Origin: Syncephalis fuscata S228
Taxonomy: Eukaryota; Fungi; Zoopagomycota
NCBI GenBank assembly: GCA_025786725.1
Contig: JAHLTZ010000010.1
Span: forward strand, 682,001-746,000
DNA length: 64,000 nucleotides
Direction of reading: 5' to 3'
Shown here: piece by piece, positions 53,120 to 64,000 of the stretch
How positions within the stretch are numbered: the stretch's first letter is position 1
Layout: each line of letters starts with the position of its first letter
Position numbers and translations under genes: made by a program
Notes under the pieces: model-generated
What the model was told of the DNA's origin: nothing
The model's database searches: none
What the model saw: the letters and a program-made list of their open reading frames with translations, nothing else

Positions 53120-55130
53120 TTAACCTCTAACTATTCCATAATACGGAACAAAAACAGCACGGTCTGATGGTGGTTTATCGAATCTTGGATTAGGATCAAG
53201 TACAATATACCCGGAATATGACCATATTTCATTTTTTTGTATATTCATTGGCGTACTGATCCGTATCATAATCTCGCCTTTTTGCTTTGGCTGTAGATTA
53301 ATAGATCCTGGAAAGGAAACAGCTGCAGTTACGGGTGATCTTGCCGTCATATCAATAAAATATGATACTTTTGAAGCAGCAGCAGCAGGAATGTGTGAGA
53401 TTTTATACGAGAGTGCAGTGTCAAAAAGAGATGTAATTTGATATGTAAATTCGCTGTATTGTCAAAAGTATTTTTCATATTAATTGAAGATGGTTCAACG
53501 TGAATGCGTTCATTATCTATTAATTTGTTAAGATTAATCATGCCGGCACCTTGATATTCTACAGAAACGTAGTTATTTAGATTGCTGTCTTTGACTGGAA
53601 TTGCGTTGTTCTGTAGTATAGTTTTGATAGAGGTAATATCAATCGAGCTATATTGATTATGTTGAACTATCAATGCAGCTGCACCCGCAACATAGGCAAC
53701 AGCAGCTGATATATCGCTAAAATAAGGTTTGCTTATTGTTTTACGAGTGGTAGTAGTGTAGATTTTGTAACTCGGTGCCAAGATGTCAGGATAGAAAGGT
53801 GGTATAAGTGGTTCATTCTGCGGTCCAGCCGTATCGACAGTAACGCCGCCATCCTCAGTGTAGCCATACTTTTCTGCAAAAATATATTTGTATCCAAGCT
53901 TATTTCTATAGCCTTCTTTTATAAATAAACATCTTTTTCACTGATATCAAATAAGGGTATATCGCATTTTTGTTTTTTTTTAGAAGGACCGTTTACAATG
54001 ATAAGCCCAGCCATACCTATTGATTTAGCATACTCTAAAAAATAAGGCATTTTTGATTTGTCATACCACACAAGTGCAATGTCTTGTCTTTTAAGCCCAG
54101 TATATTCGATTAATTTGCCCTTGATATTTTTAGGAATAATATCCGCTTCTTTGTTAAAGTTATAGCTCATGTTTGAACATGAAGACGTAAACTCAATACG
54201 ACGGCCAGTTGTTTTTTCCTCAAACCAATGTGATAAACGATATTCTTGTTTAAAACCACCAACGCTTAATACAGGAAGGCCTTGATATGAAAAATATTGC
54301 TGATTTACAAAATTATTAACTGATGCTGCAACAATCATAATCACACCATGTTTTGCGCATCTTCTATTTCTTGTCCCAGCTGAGTGTCGTATTCATCTAC
54401 AATGGCAATATCCGGCAATACAATGATTTTCATTTGATCCTTGATTGCTGCTTTTATGGCTTGCAACACCAATGAGGTTGAAGTTGAACCTGTGCAGCCA
54501 AATACGCGATAGGAGCCAAAGGTTACCTCGGGGGCAACTCCAGTAAAATAATTGGTTTTTGCAACAGCAATTCCAGCTAGACCTATGCCGAGTTTATTGC
54601 ATTTAAACCAATCTTTAACTTGGTCATACTTAGCAGCTACAAATTTGTGATTATACTTATAGTTTCCTTCAAATGCAGCAGCTCTAAGATTAATGCCGCT
54701 ATCAATGATTCCAATTTCACACCTCTTCCTTTGAAGCCCATGGCGTGAAGTACTTGAACACCAGTGGCACGTAGTAAGGTGTTACATAAACTGGTTTGCC
54801 GGTGATTTTAGAACTAATAAAAACGATTGGGGCTAGGTATTGTGTAAAAATCATTTTCATATGTTTTGGTACTGTCAACGGCAAAATTGTGTTGAACAAA
54901 ATAACAATAGTGTAAATATTGTCAATTGCCGTAACTGAATCGTTATCATCGTTATAATTAGTTGCTGTATCCAAAATAACTGTATAGTTTAACTGTATAA
55001 AAAGTAAAGATAAAGGTAACTAAAAAACGAAACGATGTACGTAAGGCAAAAATATTTTTGATAAATATTCGGCAGCTACTTTTAGTCTCAAATAAATATA
55101 ATAAAAAATGCAGGCATGTTTTAAATACCA
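53120..55130 (-). pseudogene. Degenerate subtilisin (S8) with PA-like and Fn3-like regions
   Basis: IGIIDSGIN, FTGVAPEVTFGSYRVFGCTG, PDILAP, YVAGAAAL, QGAGMINL, WSYSGYI. Several frameshifts; catalytic His and Ser motifs altered. Confidence 0.85.
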
Positions 55131-56139
55131 TTTTGAATTACCAAACAAAATATTTAAAACAGGCATCCAAAATTATACTATGATAAAGTAGTAATGTGAA
55201 TAAAAATTGCTGGTAGCTTGATTTTTATTTTCTATTAATTAATTTAGATATTACCATGCGGTGTTGCCTCTTCTTTAATCAACTACCACAATTTTTATGT
55301 ATTTTTTATGGAATTGGCTAACTGTGTTACTATAAACTAATATATAGTTCGGCAATTACCTCAAAGGTTGAGATCAGACATACTTTAGACTATATGTAAA
55401 GGCATTAAAATTTAGCGATAATTAACACGCGTGCTACTCACGAAGCAAAGCAATCAGTTTGAACAATAACATGTTTGTTATAATGATTAATATAATCCAC
55501 CCAAAACCACCTTTAATAAAACAAATTCTAGTTCAGTTGCACAAGTATTAGCAGACTTGGCCAATCAATCCTCAAATTATATTAAATAGCTGACAAATTA
55601 ACTAATATTTGCAAAAGAAAAGGCACGTTTATTTGGTTAATAAATAAAATATTATATAGTAATTTTGTAATATAAACTAGCTGGCTAAATGAGATATTGC
55701 ATATAGAGTCTATTTATAAACTAATCATTAGCAAATGAAAAATCATCAAGCTGCTATATGGCATTAGTACTTTATAGCAATAGTTGTTGACCAGTTATAG
55801 TAATCCTATGGCTAATAGCTTTCAGTACATATAGATAATACTGTCATCAGCTTGGTAGCAATATAGATAGAGCAATATGCCAATATTTTGTTGAATCTAT
55901 TTATATAAAAAATTTTACCAAGTTAAATTTGTATCAAGTGTAAAACTAAATCATCAAACAGCATGGCGGCTACCAGATCAAAGTGTAAAGAGTATGAATA
56001 TGGTTGATAAAATTATAGTGTTTATGCCAATAAAATGAATTAACATTTACAATAAACTTAGTTAATGATAAGAAATTAGCTTTTATTGATGATATGTAAT
56101 CAGTATAAATATTTCTAACATATAGTTACTAACCTTTTC

Positions 56140-56600
56140 TTGTCTTATTTATCTATACACACTGGGTCATATTCCTATACTTGCTATTAAACGTATTGCC
56201 GCATTTGCCGACAGCAACTCGCTTATTTCACTTTCATGTTGCAGTAAATGGCTGCGGTATTGTGTTAGCCAGCAGAACAACGTATGATGCCAGAGATACA
56301 AGCAGTATTATAGTCTTGCTAATGACAATGAGATAAAGTGACTGGCCTTGTATATGAAGACGGTACGTGCATCAAAGCTGGTGACATCACAAACCAAAAA
56401 AAAACAATCAACGCTACTCAGTTAAGCAATCAGCATATCAAATGGTTCATGCATTTGGTTATTGATGCGCTACTGATGCAAATTGGCTTAAAGACACGCC
56501 ATATTTAGTCAAAGATGTAGTAGATAAAGAGTCAGAGTATCATTAAAAAATTTAAGAGCCTGATTCAACGTCATTCATTACTAAATGATGCATTTAACAT
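56140..56600 (+). pseudogene. F-box-like gene remnant
   Basis: IPILAIKRIAAFADSNSLISLSCCSKWLRYCVSQQNNV*CQRYKQYY...EIK*L, with in-frame TGA codons at positions where Trp would be expected. Confidence 0.55.
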
Positions 56601-56994
56601 AAGAAACGCAATATTGATAGTAGATAACAGAAATTATAAAATAATAGATTTGTTGATATAATTGCTAATCTTTTATTTTATTTTTACTATTGATTAAACA
56701 ATTCGTACAATTATTTTATATTTATTTGGCGCAATCGTCAGCGTTATACGATACGGCAATGATGGCCATTTGACACTAAAACTACTTATTATCATAGAAC
56801 ATGTTCACTAGCGAAATAATATTTATACTATCATTATACATTAAAATAAAGCTTTATATTTGTTATAATGACAATTATTATTATTATTAACGTTAATATA
56901 TGGTCAATGTAAAACACGAGTATATTTGTATAAACATCTAACGTAGAGATGTGGCAGACAGGATGTACAGAATGAAACGGGAAAATAAAAGTAG

Positions 56995-59095
56995 TTATCC
57001 ATACTGAAGTTGAGCATGGCGGATACGGTCGTGCGTACGGAATTGTTGTTCCACGCTGGGTCGCACATCTTCTTGTCCAACTAGTGTTTCGAGGAACTGT
57101 AGCACATTTAATAGTTCTTTATCGGCTGGATCTTCATACCAACTCTCGATAGGAATACCGTTAGATAGTTGATATGCAAATGCTAAATAGTATTATTAGT
57201 TATCGGGTATAATATACAAAGACAGATAGCAACATACCTTGGGTGCATTATCAACAATGACTACTTTAGATAGATCACGTCCAAGGATTGATAAATCCTT
57301 TAGATAATTGCCGCAAACATGGACACATGAATCTCTAAATAGACGATATCTATAGATTGGATATATGTGTTAATATGTTATCTTTAATAGCTAGTCATAT
57401 AATAGCTTACTTTATAAGTTTACGAGCTGGATCTATAATATCAAGTAAACGGTTGGCATATGATTTCTGGCTAGCTGTGAAAATGACCACTTCAAACATT
57501 AAAGCTACTCGTTCAAGAATTCTCTATAGTGTGGACGACAACGGCCATGCACTTCATAGAGCATACCGTTGAATTCAACGGGGAACTTTAGATCAGCCTC
57601 GCCTATTAAATAGTATCAAGTGTTAATTAAATATAGCACAGCGTTTAGTGCTAATTACTTACCAATAGGCGATGTACTGCAATGAACTAGCGTTTCATCC
57701 AGATCAAGTACTGTATATATGTATATTTATTAGACAATTGAATTAATAGACTAGTTAACTTACCAAGTGTAATAGGTGGACTAGAACGTGTTTTACGAGG
57801 TAATGCGTATGGACGTGTTAGATACTCTTTTGGGACAGGTGGAACAGTAGCCATAAATAAGTATGGATCAAAGTCATCCAGTTCTAGATCTTGAGTATAT
57901 TCTTCTTCCTCTTCCTCCTCTTCTTCAATTTGTCCTTGTGCTGTTAGCATCATTGTTCCAACTTCATTCGTCATATTAAGCGTCTGATTCATATGGCTGC
58001 TAACCATTGCCTCAGTTGTTACACTTAGTGGTGATACATAATTGGTGGCAAAGGTATAATTGCTAATAGTTGCAGTGGTAGTAGTAGTGGTAGTAGTAGA
58101 CGATAACTCGTTAGTAAAAGTCGTAGATGATGCCATAACAACATCTTCCATTGCTTCTGTATCTATGCTCTGGTTATCTTCTAATTGCATTTGATCTGAT
58201 GGACTTGATACGTAATCAGAAAGTGAGCCTTGTTATTGTTATTAAATGTTATTAGTTATCTTGTTTATACCTCATTATTGTTACTTACCATATGGCATTT
58301 TCTTTAATAATTTAAATGCGGGTGAGAAAATAGCCTGGAATATGGACTGGCGTCGTGCATCGCCATTCTCGCCCATAGCCTCTTCGTTATAGAATGTACC
58401 GGTAATTGATTCAGCCGACAGTATCTCTTCCATAGCTTCATCGTTCATGTGTGTCTCATGTTGATTGCCAGCATCGTTAATTACTGTTTCTACATTGTTT
58501 TCATCAAGTGCAAATGCGCCATTTGATGTGCGTACCGTATCAGTAAATGATACGAGTTGTGCGGCATCATTTTCATCATTGGATTCCAATGGTAGCAGAT
58601 CTTGATCGTGATCTGTGTGCATATTAATTATGATTAGATAATTGTACACTTTGGTAACACAGCATTATTATCTACAGCCTATTAAATGATTGACCGTCAC
58701 AGATAATCACTGCCCAATCCAATTTATTCCATTTTTATTTTAAATCCACACAATTACTTACCTTGTTGTTCAGATTCTGTTTCAGCCCGTTTTAACGAAC
58801 GTTTATCTAAATCCTTACGGCGTGATACCGGACGAGGCGATGATGTAATAAAAGTGGCTTCTGAAACAATATTGGTATTTTCATTCTTTTGTTCAATAAT
58901 AGCAGCCGATAATGATTGCTTATTTTGTTGTGCTGCTGCTGTTACAGCACCAGTTGCAGTGGCGTCCGTAGCTTTTGTTGTTTCTTTCCGTGCTGCTTTA
59001 CGTGGTCTTGCCTCTACATCCTTTGCAGTATTGCCTTTGCTAGTCTTGGCGGTGGCAGTACGACTTCTGACTGGTCGGCCAGTTCGAGGTGACAT
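56995..59095 (-). CDS. FCP1/SCP-family CTD small phosphatase (CTDSPL2-like)
   Basis: [60 protein letters not shown]. Confidence 0.93.
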
Positions 59096-59922
59096 AGCAG
59101 CCAAGTAATAGTTGGCTATATGCCTACAAACTACAAATGACTCGTGTACGTGTATACCTGGTAAAGTATTTGTCAAACAAGCAACAACGTTAATAATCCT
59201 GTTGCCGTGTACTGTCTAGTCTGCCGAGGCGTAGGCACCACCTATTGCCTGCAGCCCTGCAGATAGGCACGCTTGTGAAAGCAGTCCACCAATCTCTTTG
59301 TCCTAATTCAAATTACAACTTGGCTATACCCAAACTTCAAGAAAAAACAACACAAGCGCTGCGTAGCGCCATAGACCGCCCTACCATCTATTTCGCGCAA
59401 GCAAAGGCTAAAAAGAAATCTATGATGACGAAAGAACCGCATACAGCCACAATGCATACACACGTGCCTGTAGAAACACTTTATAGCGTTACAATTTAAA
59501 CAATTAACTTACTGAAACTTAAATACGCCCACTGATCGGTCAACGTCCAAATAAGTGAGCGATGAGTACAGAATAGTAAAAAAAAGTGCCAGAGCGTGTG
59601 TACGTGAGGTAAGAGAGTAAAAGTACGAGTGTGCAGGATATAGCAAGCGGAGAAAGCTACAAAGAGCGAAAAAGGAGGAAATGCTGAGTTCAGTCGGGCG
59701 GTTAATACTGTCTTTTGGATTCTCAGGCCATGATTGGCCCATAGCCATTAAAAATCCAAATGCTATATCACGTGACTATTTAAAAATGTGACTGAAATCA
59801 AGCAAGCTCTGTGTGAGGCAGTATAGGTGGCCATTTTTGATCTACAAATCACTTGCTATAGGAAGTTGTTTTACGCTGAATAGACGACGATCCTTGCTAA
59901 TTCCCTTAAATAATACTAAAGA

Positions 59923-62900
59923 ATGTCATTGCCGCTTGGACAATCGTCGATGGAAGCAAATGGCGTGTCATCTGAACAGATTCAAGAGATTGCTGTGCGA
60001 TTAGCAAAAGCACTCAATAAAACGCAGCCTAATCAGTCGTTGGCTGAACGTGTGATCGCATTTGCCAATACGTCTGGCAGTAATACGCAACAGTTCAAGC
60101 AATGTAAGTAAATAGATTAAATAGAGTAGATTAACCGTAATAATACTTGTTTGTTATAGTATGCGGTGCATTTGGTAGATTCGATGACCAATTCCTTGAA
60201 AATATCCACACAGATATTAGAAAATGGCAAAAGCCAAGCCAAAGTAAAGAGTCGGCCATGCCAGCCATTGAGATTCAAGCGGTAGCCAATATAGGTAGTA
60301 ACCAGTATGACGTGGAACAAAAAGGTGGACTTATTCGACCAGCAGGCAAATTGGCCAACAAAGCAGCGAATGAAGTAAGTTTATATTTATTAATTAGTAA
60401 TTATAGAAAATATAAAATAAGCAATTAACTAATCAATTAATATAATTAATTAATATAATTAATTTAATAATAATAGCAACATGTATTTCAAAAACCAACA
60501 CCACAAAAGTCACTTTTAGGATTAGATCGATTAGCTGAAGCAAAACGACTTGAATTGGGCATAACAACGCCATCCGCATCAACAACACCCACTCTATCCG
60601 CTTCTACATCATATGCACCTACCGAAACAAAGCCAGACAAAGTTGAATTTAAACGGCCCAATCCTATTTCATCACGACTAAGTTTCCAAAATGAAGGTAA
60701 ATAAATATATTCATAATACGGCTGTTTCTAATACCATCTATCTTTATTATAAATAGACGAAGGATCATTGAAAAGAGCTAAAATAAGAAGTCGCCGTATT
60801 GAAACGCCTTCCTATACTGGTGGTGTAAGTGATGAATATCGATCAAGAGTAGAGGAACGACGTGAACGGGATAAAAATCGAGGTAATATACTATAAATAC
60901 AAATAAAAACATAATACAGTACTAATATTAATACAACTACTTATTATTAGGACACCGTCTACAAGAAAAGACTCGATCCCGTGATTATCGATCAGATGAT
61001 CGTTCTCGTTCTAATAAATACAGAGATGGCCGTAGAGATGATCATAGAGATGGCCACAGGGATAATAATGAAGATCATCCACCACCACGTGAAAATAGAG
61101 AAATCCAACGCTATTCACGTAGTGACTGGGAAAAGACACCCATGCGATCTGATTATACACCGAGTGTACGTGGTGGATTAACTACACGTAGTGGCAAGTA
61201 TAACATATCTATTAATATTAATGTATTAATTATATGATTAGAATATGATCGATTAAAATCATCTATACGCCGTTCTGAATGGGAATTGGCCACTCCACTT
61301 ATTACTTCTAGTTACAATGATGATCCATCAAGTACAACTGTACCGGATACAGCAGAGAATGAGATAGATCGACAAGAATGGGAAGATGAACAGACACGCT
61401 TAGATAGAGATTGGTACAACAGTGAAGAGTTTGGCGTAAGTATTAACAATAATATAGTATAGTATAGTATAGTATATTAATACTAAAATATGTCATAATA
61501 GGTGAATGAAGATACACCATTTGGTGATCATGATGCTTATTATCGAAAAAAAGAGGAAGAATTAACACAACGACAGGTTAAACGAATGTCTGCGCGACAG
61601 GCTCAATATAATCAAGATAATGAATTATGGGAAACAAATCGAATGTTAACAAGTGGCATTATGCATCGCACACAAGTTGATACTGATTTTGATAATGACG
61701 ATGATGTAATTACCTATTAATAGTATATATACACATATACATATACATATATATATATCTCTAATTACTAATACCATTTATTTAATAGGTTCGAGTCCAT
61801 TTATTAATCCACGATTTAAAACCACCCTTTCTTAGTGGACATTTGGTATTTACTAAACAGTTGGAAATGGTTCAACCAGTACGCGATCTTAGTTCAGATA
61901 TGGCCAGATTTTCACGTCAAGGTAGTCGTTTGGTTAAAGAAAAGCGGGAGCAACGTGAACGAATGAAGGTAACTACTAATTATACTAAATATTAACAATC
62001 ATTTATTTATATTCCAATCTATATGATAGAATGCAGAAAAGTTCAAATTAGCCGGTACTGCTCTAGGCAATGTTATGGGCATCACACAGAAGGCAGAAGG
62101 GGTCGGTGATGAAGATGAAGATAGTGATGAGGATGGCAATATGGATGACAATAACAACAATAGTGGTAAGTATTGGCAATATTAATTACTAATCAGGTGT
62201 ATTAATTACTAATTAATTGAACTAGAAAAAGATAACAAAAAGGAAAAAGAAGGTTTTAAAGAAACAAAATTTGCTCAACATATGGACAAATCATCGGAAG
62301 CAGTCAGTCAGTTTGCATTAACCAAATCTATACGGGAACAAAGAGAATTTCTACCGGCATTTGCTGTCCGTGAAGAATTACTACAAATTATACGTGACCA
62401 TCAAGTCATTGTGGTGGTGGGTGAGACCGGATCGGGCAAGACGACTCAATTGGTACAATATCTCTATGAGGCTGGATATGGCAGAAATGGTCTTATTGGA
62501 TGTACACAGCCCCGTCGAGTGGCGGCCATGTCAGTGGCTAAACGAGTGAGTGAAGAGATGGACTGTAAACTCGGTGGCCTTGTTGGTTACTCTATTCGAT
62601 TTGAAGATTGTACATCGCCAGATACACGTATCAAGTATATGACTGATGGTGTGCTGTTGAGAGAGTCACTTAAAGAAGCCGATTTAGATAAATACAGCTG
62701 TATTATCATGGATGAAGCACACGAACGGTCAACGCAAACCGATGTTCTTATGGGTCTATTAAGACGCGGTAAGTAATATAGTACATAGATAATATTAATT
62801 AATATTAACGATATATATATATATATATGCGTGTGTATTTAGTTATTACTCGTCGACGAGATTTGAAGCTTATTGTTACATCAGCTACTATGAATGCCGA

Positions 62901-64000
62901 TAAAGTAAGTAATTAACTAGTATATATACATATATTAATACTAATATACTGTATTTAATAGTTTTCAACATTCTTTGGTCACTGTCCTTCATTTACTATT
63001 CCAGGTCGAACATTTCCAGTGGATATTTCATTTAGTAAAACACCTTGTGAAGATTATGTTGAAAGTGCAGTTAAACAAGCATTAAGTATACATTTATCAC
63101 ATGGACCTGGTGATATATTGATATTTATGACTGGTCAAGAAGATATTGAAACAACATGTGAAGTAGTGAATGGTAAGTACTAGATATACCAACAACATTG
63201 TTATCTAATACATATATATATAATAGAACGACTTGAACAGTTGGATGATGCACCTCCCCTATCTGTTCTACCTATTTACTCTCAAATGCCGGCAGATTTA
63301 CAGGCAAAGATCTTTCAACGGGCTGAAGGAGGTCAACGTAAATGTATTGTGGCCACTAATATTGCCGAGACATCATTGACGCTTGATGGTGTGATGTATG
63401 TTATTGATTCGGGCTACTATAAATTGACCGTGTATAATCCACGTATTGGTATGGATTCACTGCAAATTACACCCATTAGTCAAGCCAATGCCAATCAACG
63501 ATCTGGTCGAGCAGGTCGTACAGGTCCAGGGTAAGTTATAGATATCTACACACACACATACACACACATATATATATATAATACTAATGGTATTTATTGA
63601 TAGCATGTGTTATCGATTGTATACAGAACAGGCTTATGACTGTGAAATGTTTCCCAATACCATACCTGAAATACAAAGAACCAATCTATCGGTCATTGTT
63701 CTACAGCTAAAATCATTAGGTGTCAAGAATCTACTAGATTTTGACTTTATGGATCCACCACCTCAAGAGACTATCCTCAATTCAATGTATCAATTATGGA
63801 TATTAGGTGCATTGGATGAGACAGGTGAATTAACGGCACTTGGTAGAAGAATGGTTGAATTTCCATTAGATCCACAACTAGCCAAGATGCTTATTACATC
63901 AGAAGAACTTGGATGTACTCAAGAGATTCTAGTAAGTTGTTATTATTGTAATTACTAATAGTAATATATATATATATATATATTGATATATTGATATATT
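59923..64000 (+). CDS. PRP16: Pre-mRNA splicing DEAH helicase PRP16/DHX38 (runs off the window)
   Basis: [60 protein letters not shown]. Confidence 0.96.

Overview
AT-rich, intron-dense eukaryotic DNA with short GT-AG introns (about 45-90 nt). It looks like an early-diverging fungus, plausibly Zoopagomycota (Syncephalis-like); that is inference from gene content and intron style. Most of the window is housekeeping genes: IleRS, MCCC2, NCL1/TRM4, SCY1/CEX1-like, ERG6, a TBC Rab-GAP, NAP1, BRE1, SHE9, FPR3/4, ARPC4, RPL39, an MRPL45/Tim44-like gene, MRPL32, MMTAG2, a CTD phosphatase and PRP16. These are interrupted by accessory patches holding a foldback element, a degenerate kinase, a CAP protein, a dead subtilisin and an F-box pseudogene. 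The standout is at 8855-10498 (- strand). What looks like an 82-bp satellite is an array of near-identical spliceosomal introns separated by eighteen 3-nt micro-exons. Spliced to a signal-peptide exon and a terminal exon, they give an uninterrupted 51-aa prepropeptide, MKLSIAVVCTIVVALAASTAMVGANPALVRR-AGAEPKPCWTVWTGWYPCPS*. The gene sits inside a ~7-kb Mutator-like element (6520-13518) with terminal inverted repeats and a perfect 9-bp target-site duplication. Several conserved genes show single-base frameshifts that are probably assembly errors. Gene boundaries were read by eye.
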